64,000 bases of DNA, taken from assembly GCA_036507655.1 (NCBI GenBank), contig DATCIS010000019.1, positions 10,736 to 74,735 of the forward strand, given 5' to 3'. Origin of the DNA: Candidatus Saccharimonadales bacterium. Its GTDB lineage: Bacteria > Patescibacteriota > Saccharimonadia > Saccharimonadales > UBA10212. The number at the start of each line of letters is the position of its first letter. Within the stretch, counting starts at the first letter, position 1. The position numbers were made by a program, and so were the translations under genes. A model generated the notes under the pieces. It did no database searches and was not told where the DNA came from. It saw nothing but the letters and a program-made list of their open reading frames with translations. This document shows positions 37,240-46,751 of the stretch, in pieces.

Positions 37240-39774
37240 CTAAACTCGTTCGGCGCCAAGTTCAGTTTCAGCCCTAGCGCTTATTTCATCAAGGATTTGA
37301 TTGACTTCGGGCGTGGTTAGAGTTCTCTGTGGATGCCAAAGTGTCAGCCGCCAAGTAGTCTGTTTAAGGCCTTTGCCCTTTGCTCGCTGGAAAATGTCGA
37401 GCGGCTCAATCGTAACACTGTAGCCGTGTTCTTTGGCGGCTTTATCTAGTTGCGTACCTAAAAAATCGGTCAATGCCGCATACGAAAACTGCGTTGATGA
37501 GCGTAAACACAGATCTTGATCAAGGCTAGGGAAGCGATTGAGCGGACGGTAATTGATCCGGGCGGCCGCTATGCTTTGTAGCAATGCAATATCGAGTTCG
37601 GCCATAGATGAGTCTGCCGAGAGCTTAAGAGCCAATTTCAGCTCGGCAGATGGTTCTCCGACAATCCCTAGAGCATTGCGACCGGCATATACCACGGCTG
37701 TACGTCGAGGTTCATAGGCCTCTGAGGCAACCTGCCATTCCTTGGTCAGTTTTTTAACTTCATCAAGCGGCTGATATTGGATATCGTCAATACTTAACTT
37801 GTTAAGTAAATTGTCTATATAATATTTAGCCCTATAGAATGGAGCGCCCAATTCTTTAGTCTTATCGACTGAGACCAGGACCAGGCCCAACCTCAGCAGT
37901 TCCGCCGGCAATTTTTCACTGTTATCTACTCCCCTGATGTGAGCCGCGCCAATTTCAAACAAGGCGAAACTGCTAAATCGGGCTTTGATATTTGGATGGA
38001 CTTTCTCAAGTAAGCTCGGCGTTAAACTCAATCGGTAATATTGTAAATCGGGGCTAGTTGCGTTGCGGATATGGTAGGCGTCTTTAGTAGCTTGGCCGGC
38101 ATTTTCAATCAGAGAACCGTGAACAAAACTATACGTCAAAACTTCATTAGCGCCAGCTGACGATAGAATGCCGCGCATGCGTGATTTGAAAGCCAGCACC
38201 GGATCAAGCTCAGCCGGGCTTAAATCGCGCGGCGGCAGCTGCTGTGGTAGATGCTCGTAACCATAGAGGCGCCCGATCTCTTCAACTATGTCTTCGGGGA
38301 TTTTTATGTCCTTCCGCCAGAACGGCACCTGGACCGCCAATGTTTTGCCACTCGTTTTAATCCTGAACTCAACATTTTCTAACAGCCGGCTCATTTCGCT
38401 AGCAGATAAGTTTATGCCTAAGCGTTCATTAACGAAAATAGTTGTGACTTTAACTGTCGGTGGCTTTACCAACTGACCTTTAAGGTCGTAAATACTGCGT
38501 GCTGGCAGCCCGCCCGACTCATGGATGACGGAGTCGACGGCGCGAGCCAGCACGCGGTCGGTCTGCCAGGGGGACTGATTTTTTGTGAAGCGGGCGGCAG
38601 CATCCGTAAATAGACCATAATCCATAGCGGTTCTGCGCGTGACGCGCATATCGAAATTACCGACTTCCAAAATGATACTTCTGGTTTTCTCATCAACTTC
38701 GGTTGCCGCCCCGCCCATTACCCCCGCCAAACCGATTGGCTGTTTATCTGTGGCAATCACCAGCTCGCCGCCTGACAGAGTAACTTCTTTACCGCCTAGC
38801 AACACCAGTTTTTCGCCCTTTTGGGCTTCACGGACTACAATTTTTGCTTGATTGTTGCCGCATAGACTTTTTAGCTTGTCGTAATCATAGGCGTGAATCG
38901 GCTGAGCCGTTTCAATCATTAGAAAGTTGGTAACATCGACGATGTTATTGATAGGCCGTACCCCAACGCGAGCCAAATAGCTTCGAATATCTAGTGAGGC
39001 ATCGTTGACTTTGACGTTTTTAACGACTTGCATCATAAACCGTGGGACCAAATTTGGTACCTGGTTTTTAACGCTTAGCAGCTTGTCGTCTGTCTTGTGG
39101 CGGCCGGTAGTCTTATCGCCCAAGTACCACTTGGGCGAGCGGAAAACCATGTGTTGAATGCCGGCCAGTTCGCGGGCTATGCCCAGCATGCCAAAACAGT
39201 CCGGCCGATGCGTGAACATCTTGTTTTCGATATCGATTATATAATCATCCAACTCATAAACTTTGGCAAAATTATCGCCTGGTTTGGCAGCTTTATCAAT
39301 TTCAATAATCCCGGTGTGGTCATCGCCCAGCTCCAGCTCTTTGGCGCTGGCCAACATGCCGTGGCTAACCACACCGCGGATCTCTCGAACTTCCAAGGTA
39401 AGCGGTTCTTTATCGATTGTGCTCGGAACAGCTACACCTGGCGGAATCCAGGCGGCTAACATACCGGTTTTGACGTTCGGCGCGCCGCAGACAATTTCAA
39501 TCAGCCCGTCTTTGTCACGTTTTACGCCCTTGATTTTGCCACCGTCGTCAGCCAAACAAACGCTTAGCTTATCGGCGTTTGGGTGCTTCTGGTTTGAAAC
39601 AACTTTAACGACAACAATCCCTTTGTATTTTTTTCCAACGTCAATAACTTCTTCTACGGCCCCGAGCTGGGCTCCTATTTTCTCAACTAAAGCATCAACA
39701 CCGTCAGGAACAAGATTGGCCGAGCACTGGTCGGCCTCGACAATCGACCTAATCCAGTTAAGGCTAACCTTCAT
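37240..39774 (-). CDS. pheT: Phenylalanine-tRNA ligase beta subunit
   Basis: HPNADKL, IVCGAPN, RPDC, INNIVDVTN, EDIVEEIGRLYGY, FDX-ACB C-terminus. Confidence 0.97.
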   Translation of the reverse strand: MKVSLNWIRSIVEADQCSANLVPDGVDALVEKIGAQLGAVEEVIDVGKKYKGIVVVKVVSNQKHPNADKLSVCLADDGGKIKGVKRDKDGLIEIVCGAPNVKTGMLAAWIPPGVAVPSTIDKEPLTLEVREIRGVVSHGMLASAKELELGDDHTGIIEIDKAAKPGDNFAKVYELDDYIIDIENKMFTHRPDCFGMLGIARELAGIQHMVFRSPKWYLGDKTTGRHKTDDKLLSVKNQVPNLVPRFMMQVVKNVKVNDASLDIRSYLARVGVRPINNIVDVTNFLMIETAQPIHAYDYDKLKSLCGNNQAKIVVREAQKGEKLVLLGGKEVTLSGGELVIATDKQPIGLAGVMGGAATEVDEKTRSIILEVGNFDMRVTRRTAMDYGLFTDAAARFTKNQSPWQTDRVLARAVDSVIHESGGLPARSIYDLKGQLVKPPTVKVTTIFVNERLGINLSASEMSRLLENVEFRIKTSGKTLAVQVPFWRKDIKIPEDIVEEIGRLYGYEHLPQQLPPRDLSPAELDPVLAFKSRMRGILSSAGANEVLTYSFVHGSLIENAGQATKDAYHIRNATSPDLQYYRLSLTPSLLEKVHPNIKARFSSFALFEIGAAHIRGVDNSEKLPAELLRLGLVLVSVDKTKELGAPFYRAKYYIDNLLNKLSIDDIQYQPLDEVKKLTKEWQVASEAYEPRRTAVVYAGRNALGIVGEPSAELKLALKLSADSSMAELDIALLQSIAAARINYRPLNRFPSLDQDLCLRSSTQFSYAALTDFLGTQLDKAAKEHGYSVTIEPLDIFQRAKGKGLKQTTWRLTLWHPQRTLTTPEVNQILDEISARAETELGAERV

Positions 39775-39937
39775 TCTTGGCCTCTCGCATCGCCTCTTCG
39801 TGCTCTATCGATTTCATAGATATCTCCAGGTTGCAAGCATTGTTAGCCTTGCAAAAAGCTTCGCACTCTTTGGCTAGATTCTCGTTCCGGTAATGGTGCC
39901 CGCACTCCGGACACTGGAAAATTTTTTCCTGGCTCAT
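39764..39937 (-). CDS. 57-aa Cys-rich small protein (putative zinc-binding), not in ORF track
   Basis: MSQEKIFQCPECGHHYRNENLAKECEAFCKANNACNLEISMKSIEHEEAMREAKNEG; ATGA overlap with the pheS stop, stop overlaps the pheT start. Confidence 0.8.
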   Translation of the reverse strand: MSQEKIFQCPECGHHYRNENLAKECEAFCKANNACNLEISMKSIEHEEAMREAKNEG

Positions 39938-40980
39938 GAAAACTGCCTCAGGAATGCTAAATTGCCACTTTCAAAATGACGGATGTCTTCGATGTTGTAT
40001 TTGAGCATCACTAGACGCTCGATGCCGAATCCCCAGGCAAAGCCGGTGTATTGGCTCGGGTTGATTCCGCCCTCTTTCAGAACATTGGGATGTATCATAC
40101 CGCAGCCGCCGAGTTCTATCCATCCGGTGTGTCCGCAGACATTACAGCCGGCTCCGCCGCAGAATGGACAACTGGCGGCGAATTCAAAACTGGGTTCAGT
40201 GAACGGGAAATAGAAGGGCTGGATTTTGATATCAATATCTTTTTGATAATAGTTGCTCAGCCAGGCTTTGATGGTCGCCACAAGATGTCCGGCGTGAATT
40301 CCCTTATCCACATAAACGCCCTCCAGTTGGTAAAAAGTGTGCTCGTGGCGGGCGTCCAAATCTTCGTTGCGGAAAACTCGGCCGGGAATTACAACTGCTA
40401 TCGCTTGACCGTTTTTGAGATTACCAGCGTACTGCTTCAGTACGCGGTTTTGCATGGTGCTGGTGTGGGCCGGCGCTATCAGCTTTTCGTCGGTCACAAA
40501 CGTGTCATAATCGTCGCGTGCCGGATGACCGGGCGGGAAGTTGAGCGAGCCGAACATATGGTAATCATCATCAAGCTCGCGCGATTCTACGGCCGTAAAA
40601 CCCATGCGGGCAAATATGTCGAGAGTAGTTTCCAGCTCGGTCATTAATGGATGCTGGCTGCCATATTCAGACGCTAAAAGTTTAGGGCGGTCGTCGGGCT
40701 CAACATTGGTATCAAATGGCGCGGTTACATCGATAGGAGTGCTTTTGGCTTTTGGCTTTTGGCTTTTTGTCAGTGAAATCAGGTTTTCCAACTCTTGCTT
40801 CAGTTGGTTGACTTCTCGACCGAATTCGGCGCGGGCTTTCCCCGCTGGTAATGTTTTTATGTGGTCAAACAAGGCTTGAAGCTCTGGAGCGCGTAAAATT
40901 ACCGGCTTATCATCAAGCTTGTCAAACTTAGCTTTCAGCCGTCTGGCAGCTTCCCGTATTTCGGGGTTCTTATACACCAT
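39934..40980 (-). CDS. pheS: Phenylalanine-tRNA ligase alpha subunit
   Basis: HPARD, HTS, PGRVFRNE, FYQLEG, YFPFTEPS, GFAWGFGIERL. Confidence 0.97.
   Translation of the reverse strand: MVYKNPEIREAARRLKAKFDKLDDKPVILRAPELQALFDHIKTLPAGKARAEFGREVNQLKQELENLISLTKSQKPKAKSTPIDVTAPFDTNVEPDDRPKLLASEYGSQHPLMTELETTLDIFARMGFTAVESRELDDDYHMFGSLNFPPGHPARDDYDTFVTDEKLIAPAHTSTMQNRVLKQYAGNLKNGQAIAVVIPGRVFRNEDLDARHEHTFYQLEGVYVDKGIHAGHLVATIKAWLSNYYQKDIDIKIQPFYFPFTEPSFEFAASCPFCGGAGCNVCGHTGWIELGGCGMIHPNVLKEGGINPSQYTGFAWGFGIERLVMLKYNIEDIRHFESGNLAFLRQFS
40741..40768. repeat. 7-bp tandem repeat inside pheS
   Basis: (GCTTTTG)x3 + GCTTTTT; encodes KSQKPKAKS in the linker after the N-terminal coiled coil. Confidence 0.85.
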
Positions 40981-41020
40981 CTTGTTAAAAAGTATAACAA
41001 CTCTAACCCCTATACCCTAG

Positions 41021-41117
41021 CGCCTCCACCGCGGCTTTGCCGTATAAGACACCCCTTTGGGTTTCCTATCGCGCAGGGCGCGGAATGAATCCGCTACTCG
41101 GGATACCTTCCCGAGGA
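41021..41117 (+). repeat. Structured dispersed element, copy B (pheS / glycoside hydrolase divergent region)
   Basis: CGGCTTTGCCG-TATAAGA-CACCCCTTTGGGTT-TCCTAT-CGCG-CAGGGCGCGGA-ATGAA-TCCGCTACTCGG-GATACC; preceded by TAG; flanked by CTANNNN heptamers. Confidence 0.8.
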
Positions 41118-41160
41118 ATAAGTTCTATATCCTATTCATTAAATCCTATATCCTATTAGT

Positions 41161-42477
41161 ATGGATGAGATTGAGCTTCTTAAGAACGCTCAAGAAGTTC
41201 TGAAACAAAACGACAGGAGAAAGTGGACAGTGCCGGCTGGCGATCTATACCCTCATCAATGGTTGTGGGACAGCTGTTTTATTGCCATTGGATTGAGGCA
41301 TCTGGACGTTGAGCGTGCCCAGACAGAGCTTATAAGCTTGCTGCGTGGCCAGTGGAACAACGGTATGCTCCCCAATATTATTTTCTCAGAAGGCGAGGAA
41401 CACCGCCGCCACCGCGAGCTCTGGCGCAGTTATGTCAGTCCTTATGCCCCGCCCAAAATCGCCACCTCGGGTATAACCCAGCCGCCCATGTTGGCCGAAG
41501 CTGTAGTGCAAATCGGCCAAAAGCTCGCTCAGCCGGAAAGACGCAGCTGGTACCGCCAAATGTACCCCTACCTGCTCAATTATCATCGATGGCTTTATGC
41601 CGACCGCGACCCGCATGGCGAAGGCTTAATAATCTTACTGCACCCCTACGAATGCGGCATGGACAACTCGCCGCCCTGGATTAGTGAACTTCGTAAACAC
41701 AGTATGCCCTGGTGGATAAGCTTAATCGAGAGATTGCGCCTGGATGGCATCGTCAATTTTGTCAGACGAGATACGCGCCACGTACCGCCTGGTCAGCGTA
41801 TGAGCAATATCGAGGCCATGGCTTATTGGGCGGCGGTCCATCGGCTAAGACGTAAGGCTTATAACTCTGAAGCTTTGCTTTCGCGTTCGCTCTTCGCGGT
41901 CGAAGATTTAGGGTTTAACTGTATCCTAATCCGAGCCAACACTCGTCTGCAGACAATCGCTAGGGATATCGGTCATAAAATACCAGAGGGCTTAGCCCGA
42001 AAGATGCAAAAAACCGAGGCCGCCTTAGAGCAGTTATGGGATGAGAACAGCGGCCAATATTACAGCCGCAGTTTTGTCAGCCATAAATTGATAGAAGAAC
42101 CGACAATTGCCACATTGTTACCTCTTTATGCCGGTAGTATTACAAATGAGCGGGCTGAGCATTTGTATAAGGCGTTAAGATCTAAGGAGCACTTCGCACT
42201 AAAATGGCCGGTACCGAGCGTGCCGTACGACTCCGGCTTTTTTGAGCCGCTCAAATATTGGCAAGGACCGACATGGGTAAATACTAACTGGCTGATAATC
42301 GATGGTTTAAAACGTTACGGTTTTGAGACCGAAGCCAAAAACTTGCAAGATAGGACTCTTCGATTAGTGGCCAGGGGTGGGTTGAACGAATATTTCAACC
42401 CGTTCAACGGTCAGGCCGCTGGTGCCGAAAAATTCTCATGGACTGCCGCTCTTACTATAGATTTACTTAAGAACTAG
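41161..42477 (+). CDS. GH63/MGH1-like (alpha/alpha)6 glycoside hydrolase (glucosyl/mannosylglycerate hydrolase-like)
   Basis: YPHQWLWDSCF, SGITQPP, ECGMDNSP, YWQGPTW, EYFNP, FSWTAAL. Confidence 0.85.
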   Translation: MDEIELLKNAQEVLKQNDRRKWTVPAGDLYPHQWLWDSCFIAIGLRHLDVERAQTELISLLRGQWNNGMLPNIIFSEGEEHRRHRELWRSYVSPYAPPKIATSGITQPPMLAEAVVQIGQKLAQPERRSWYRQMYPYLLNYHRWLYADRDPHGEGLIILLHPYECGMDNSPPWISELRKHSMPWWISLIERLRLDGIVNFVRRDTRHVPPGQRMSNIEAMAYWAAVHRLRRKAYNSEALLSRSLFAVEDLGFNCILIRANTRLQTIARDIGHKIPEGLARKMQKTEAALEQLWDENSGQYYSRSFVSHKLIEEPTIATLLPLYAGSITNERAEHLYKALRSKEHFALKWPVPSVPYDSGFFEPLKYWQGPTWVNTNWLIIDGLKRYGFETEAKNLQDRTLRLVARGGLNEYFNPFNGQAAGAEKFSWTAALTIDLLKN

Positions 42478-42494
42478 CTTTACCGGAGCTCTAT

Positions 42495-43559
42495 TTATTC
42501 GTCATCCATATTGGGGCGCTCAAGCAACATCGGGTCTACACCGGAGCTGGTTTCAGCGATTTTTACGACATCTTTATCTATTTTGCCCAACTCTTTATAA
42601 GTGGCGTTATAATGCCCAACGGTCGTACTCAAACTACCGCCAAGTTTTTGCATATAGACATTGTGAGCAACAAGATGCCTGCTCAGTTGCTCGATATTTC
42701 TGCGAATTCTTTCGGTATCTTGATGGATTTCTAGCGACCGAAGACCTTGGACTATGATTTGCAACATGGCCGCCAATGTGCTGGGCCCGACGATGGTGAC
42801 TTTCTTCTCAGAGGCGGCATAGTGCATCAGGTTACGGCCGCTTACACCCCCAAGACCGACTTTATTAGCCAGTAAATCATAGTAAATCGCCTCGCTCGGA
42901 ATAAACATCAAAGCCTGGTCCAAAGTATTTTTGTTTTGCTTGATATATTTGGACGTTTCGTCTATGCGCTTTTTTAAATCCTCTTTGAAAGCTTTTTCAA
43001 GAGCCGGACGATCCTCAGCCCTAGCTTCAACTAAGCGATTATAGTTCTCTAGGGAAAATTTACTGTCGATCGGCAACAACTTGTCGTCCAGCTTGATAAT
43101 AGCGTCAACTATCAGACCTTCGGCGAGCTTGTATTGAAGCTGGAATGTTCCGGGGGGGAGCATATCCTTTAAGATCTGCTCCAGATAGTATTCACCCAGG
43201 ACTCCGCGCTGTTTGGGGTTTTGTAGGACATTTTGTAGAGTCTTAAGCTCGGCCGCTACGTCGCCAACGCTCTTATTTGTTCTGTCCAGTTCTGTAAGTT
43301 TTTGAGTTACCTCGGTAATTATTTTGGCGCTGGCTTGGAACTGAGCAGCCATCTGTTTATTACTGGTGCCGAGCTGTTCTGTTAGTTGTTTTTGCAAGCC
43401 TTGTTGCAGCGCGCCCATAGACTTAGTTAGCTCAACCATATCGGCCTTTAAAAGTAGTGCTGAGTCGGACTTCGAATTTTTCGGACGACTTAGCTGCCAA
43501 AAAATAAAGCCAGCTAGCACCAAACACAAAACTCCCAAAATAATAATAGCCGCGACCAT
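42495..43559 (-). CDS. rmuC: DNA recombination protein RmuC
   Basis: N-terminal TM, coiled coil, NPKQRG.LGE, PIDSKF, MFIPSEAIY; likely start ATG 43559. Confidence 0.92.
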   Translation of the reverse strand: MVAAIIILGVLCLVLAGFIFWQLSRPKNSKSDSALLLKADMVELTKSMGALQQGLQKQLTEQLGTSNKQMAAQFQASAKIITEVTQKLTELDRTNKSVGDVAAELKTLQNVLQNPKQRGVLGEYYLEQILKDMLPPGTFQLQYKLAEGLIVDAIIKLDDKLLPIDSKFSLENYNRLVEARAEDRPALEKAFKEDLKKRIDETSKYIKQNKNTLDQALMFIPSEAIYYDLLANKVGLGGVSGRNLMHYAASEKKVTIVGPSTLAAMLQIIVQGLRSLEIHQDTERIRRNIEQLSRHLVAHNVYMQKLGGSLSTTVGHYNATYKELGKIDKDVVKIAETSSGVDPMLLERPNMDDE

Positions 43560-43585
43560 AACGCTACCCCTCTTTAAATTTATGG

Positions 43586-43616
43586 ACAAAGAAGCGGCGA
43601 TCAACCGCTTCTTTGT
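43586..43616. terminator. 12-bp perfect hairpin (possible terminator) upstream of rmuC
   Basis: ACAAAGAAGCGG-CGATCAA-CCGCTTCTTTGT. Confidence 0.6.
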
Positions 43617-43853
43617 TTTAGAGGGCTTGTCCTTTTCGATAGCTTTTGGCGAAAGTGCACTTTCTTAAAACATCTACGTGTTCTTAAGCAACTTCTACTT
43701 CGAGACAATTTTTCCAAGTACCCGCACCTTCTAGCAGTTTTACCGGCAGGGATCTCATGAAATGCGATATGCCATACATATACCCCATCTGGTGTAAATC
43801 TAATTATACTCCCAGCGTTAAAAAAACTTGAAGTATTTATGACAATAGCAAGA

Positions 43854-44585
43854 CTAATCTATAGCGATACGGGTAAGGAGGAACATAGAAAGAGCGCCCA
43901 TAATTGTTAGGCCAATTGTCAGGCGGGAAGAATTTTTGCTATGCGCCTGCGGTAAGATGTCGCTGGCGCCGATATATAGTAAAAAGCCGGCAAAAAACCC
44001 CAGATAAACCGCCAACACAGCTCCCGAGAGCGAAAAAAGTAAACTGCTTAGGCCGCCCATAATCGGCATCACCGCGGCTATCGCCAGCATTTTTTTAGCC
44101 CGGGATGGTTTGTTTTGGTGGTAAAGCATAACGTTGGTGGTGTTAAAACCATCGGCGAAGCGGTGGCCAATGACGGCAATTGCTACTGCTGCACCGACCG
44201 CAGTGCTAACTTGGAAGCCGATGCCTATACTCAGACCGTCTAGAAAGCTGTGTCCTGACAAAGCCACTGCCCCTGCAACACCGACAAAAGGATGCCGGTG
44301 CGGACCGTATTTTTCTTCGCTGCCATGGTGAATCAAGATAAGTTTTTCGATTACGTGAAATAGCAGAAAACCGCTGACCAAGGTTATCATTGGCCAAATA
44401 GGGTCAAGGTTTTCTGAGAAGCTAATCTCGAAAATCTCGGGTAGTAAGTTAAATGCCACCAACCCTAAAATCAAGCCGGCGGTAAAACCGAAGGCCAGGT
44501 GCAGCCTGCGTCGCCCGCGGATAGCAATAAACCCACCCAGCAATGCTGCCAAGGCAGCCGCCAGGGTTAGGAGGAACAACACCAT
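43854..44585 (-). CDS. ZIP-family divalent metal transporter
   Basis: About 8 TMs, LLPE, His-rich loop, HSFLDG, HRFADG, LYIGASDILP. Confidence 0.9.
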   Translation of the reverse strand: MVLFLLTLAAALAALLGGFIAIRGRRRLHLAFGFTAGLILGLVAFNLLPEIFEISFSENLDPIWPMITLVSGFLLFHVIEKLILIHHGSEEKYGPHRHPFVGVAGAVALSGHSFLDGLSIGIGFQVSTAVGAAVAIAVIGHRFADGFNTTNVMLYHQNKPSRAKKMLAIAAVMPIMGGLSSLLFSLSGAVLAVYLGFFAGFLLYIGASDILPQAHSKNSSRLTIGLTIMGALSMFLLTRIAID

Positions 44586-44615
44586 GAGTTTATTCTATAT
44601 TCCGAACTCTAGAAT

Positions 44616-44632
44616 TTGCAAATTTGTCGCAA
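44616..44632. promoter_or_regulatory. Candidate Fur-family (Zur/Mur-like) operator between ZIP and Fur genes
   Basis: TTGCAA-ATTTG-TCGCAA imperfect inverted repeat between the two divergent -10 boxes. Confidence 0.5.
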
Positions 44633-44653
44633 TTTTTTATAATTTTGCTATAG

Positions 44654-45076
44654 ATGCACTACAAAACGTTGCGGGCACTACTGAAGAAAAACGGTTCGAG
44701 CCTTACCAAGCCGCGTAAGGTTGTTTTTGATTTACTTTTCAACCAAAAACCACAGACTATGCAGGTCTTAATCGGTCGGGCTAAAGATAGGGTGGACCGA
44801 GCCAGCGTTTATAGAGCTATGGAGTTGTTTGAGAAGCTGGGAATTGTCAACCGCTTAAATATCGGCTGGAAATACAAGTTCGAGTTATCTGATGTCTTCC
44901 AAGAACACCACCATCATTTCCACTGTACCAACTGCGGTACAACGTTCAGTCTTGAGCCAAACTCGATGCTTGAGACAATGATAGATACAGTAGCTGCCAA
45001 ATCCGGTCACTCGCCACGAGGCCACCAGCTAGAGGTTTACGGATTATGCGCCGATTGCCAACGTCGGACCGCCTAA
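44654..45076 (+). CDS. Fur-family transcriptional regulator (Zur-like)
   Basis: LTKPR, ASVYR, HHHHFHCTNCG, GLCADC. Confidence 0.92.
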   Translation: MHYKTLRALLKKNGSSLTKPRKVVFDLLFNQKPQTMQVLIGRAKDRVDRASVYRAMELFEKLGIVNRLNIGWKYKFELSDVFQEHHHHFHCTNCGTTFSLEPNSMLETMIDTVAAKSGHSPRGHQLEVYGLCADCQRRTA

Positions 45077-45092
45077 CTTTTTGATCATTTTT

Positions 45093-45178
45093 TCCGGATG
45101 AGCAGCCCGACAAAATGTATTCCATTTTGCCGGTGCGATGAGAAACCGCGAAGGGGTTTCTCATAAGGCCGGAGGCCG
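45093..45178 (-). repeat. Structured dispersed element, copy C (3' of MFS gene)
   Basis: CGGCCTCCGGCC-TTATGAGAAACC-CCTTCGC-GGTTTCTCAT-CGCA-CCGGCAAAATG-GAATA-CATTTTGTCGG-GCTGCTCATCCGGA. Confidence 0.9.
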
Positions 45179-46624
45179 TTAACCCATTGACATGGCTTCT
45201 TTGGCGTCAACTTTTCTGTTTTTGACTACCAAGAACACAACAACCGCGGCCGCCAAAGCCAGCCCAATACCTACTTGAAGTCCTGCTATATAACCATGTA
45301 CTTGAGCCCCCGCCCTAGGCCCACCAGCGGCAACTTCGGCAGTAATCGTCGAGAAGGCCACGGCTGATAGGATCGCCAGCCCGATTGCCCCACCGACCTG
45401 CTGCGAAGTGTTAAGGATACCCGACGCTAAGCCGGAGAAGTGTTTAGGCACTCCGGAAGTAGCCGCCAGTGTTCCTGATACGAACGTCAGGCCCATGCCG
45501 ACTGCCGCTGTAGCAAGTCCCGGGAAGACATTATGCCAATAGTCTCCATCGATTTTCATTGTCCGGCTGATAACAAATAGGCCGACTGCCAGTACCACTG
45601 GCCCTAGATTCATCGGCGGTTTGTAGCCGATTTTGGCAACCAGATTAGCAACTATTCCTGACACAACCGCGATTATGAACGTTACGGGCAAGAAACTAAC
45701 GCCGGTTTTTACCGGCGAATAGCCAAGGACGGTCTGGATGTAGAGTGTCAGGAAAAAAAACATCGAAAACATCGTGCAGGAAATTACTAAAAATGCCGAA
45801 TTGGCCCCAGACAAGTTACGTATTTTAAAAATCCTCAACGGCATCAAGGGCTGCTTAGCACGTTGTTCATTGAATACGAATAGTGTCAGTAGCGCCAAGC
45901 CAGCCACGATGAAGGCCCAAACAGTTACTGAATCCCAGCCATTACTTGGTGCTTTAGAAAGTCCGTAAACCAACGACATCAGACCGCCGGTAGCCAGAGT
46001 AGCACCGGGCAAATCCAGTTTGAGTTTCTTATGCTCTTCGCCGATATGCTTCGGCAGCAAATAGAAAGCCGTAAAGACTACCGCAATTCCAACCGGCACA
46101 TTGACGAAGAAGTTCCAGCGCCAATCCAGGTATTGTGTCAGTACACCGCCTAATAGCACCCCAGCGGCCGCCCCACCGGATGCCACTGCTGCCCAAACGC
46201 CCATGGCGGTATTACGCTCCTTCCCCTCTTTGAACTCAGCTAAGACGATAGAAAGGGCTGCCGGTGACATGATGGCACCACCCAGACCCTGAGCCGCTCG
46301 GGCTATGATGAGCTGAGTATCAGTCTGAGCCAACCCAGCGAGAAGAGACATGAGGGTAAAAAAGACCACGCCGGACATAAAGATCAAACGGCGGCCGTAA
46401 AGGTCGGCCGCCCGGCCGCCCAAAAGAAGGAAGCCGCCGAAAGTTAAGGTATAAGCTGTTATTACCCACTGCAGGTTATTGCCAGCAAAGTGTAAGTCTC
46501 GAGCTATAGAAGGTAGCGCTACGTTGACTATGGCAATGTCCAACACCACCATGAACTGTGCTACCGCAAGTAAAGCCAGGATGGCCCATTTATTTTCTGA
46601 ATGCTTAGTAATAGCTTTAACCAA
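45179..46624 (-). CDS. MFS drug:H+ antiporter-2 (EmrB/QacA family)
   Basis: FMVVLDIAIVNVALPSI, GGRAADLYGRR, WRWNFFVNVP, 14 TMs. Confidence 0.93.
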   Translation of the reverse strand: MVKAITKHSENKWAILALLAVAQFMVVLDIAIVNVALPSIARDLHFAGNNLQWVITAYTLTFGGFLLLGGRAADLYGRRLIFMSGVVFFTLMSLLAGLAQTDTQLIIARAAQGLGGAIMSPAALSIVLAEFKEGKERNTAMGVWAAVASGGAAAGVLLGGVLTQYLDWRWNFFVNVPVGIAVVFTAFYLLPKHIGEEHKKLKLDLPGATLATGGLMSLVYGLSKAPSNGWDSVTVWAFIVAGLALLTLFVFNEQRAKQPLMPLRIFKIRNLSGANSAFLVISCTMFSMFFFLTLYIQTVLGYSPVKTGVSFLPVTFIIAVVSGIVANLVAKIGYKPPMNLGPVVLAVGLFVISRTMKIDGDYWHNVFPGLATAAVGMGLTFVSGTLAATSGVPKHFSGLASGILNTSQQVGGAIGLAILSAVAFSTITAEVAAGGPRAGAQVHGYIAGLQVGIGLALAAAVVVFLVVKNRKVDAKEAMSMG

Positions 46625-46751
46625 AACAGCACCTCCCTCTTTTATTGGCTTATTGGAGTTTATTATAAAGCAAAGCCAATCAATGCTTGTAAAACATATT
46701 GTAAGCGGCTGTGGATGACAAGCTTACGCCCCTCAGTTACACTTATACTAA

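Noticed and set aside
43620-43850. Possible small ORF between ZIP and rmuC
   Set aside because: Minus-strand frames give only a 34-aa ATG ORF or a longer frame without a convincing early start; no motif or SD, so left unannotated.
45093-45178. Dispersed element as hammerhead or HDV ribozyme, or as a plain intrinsic terminator
   Set aside because: CTTATGAG only resembles CUGAUGAG and the GAAA/UH core is not correctly placed; no HDV nested pseudoknot found; no U-tract follows the stems in most copies.
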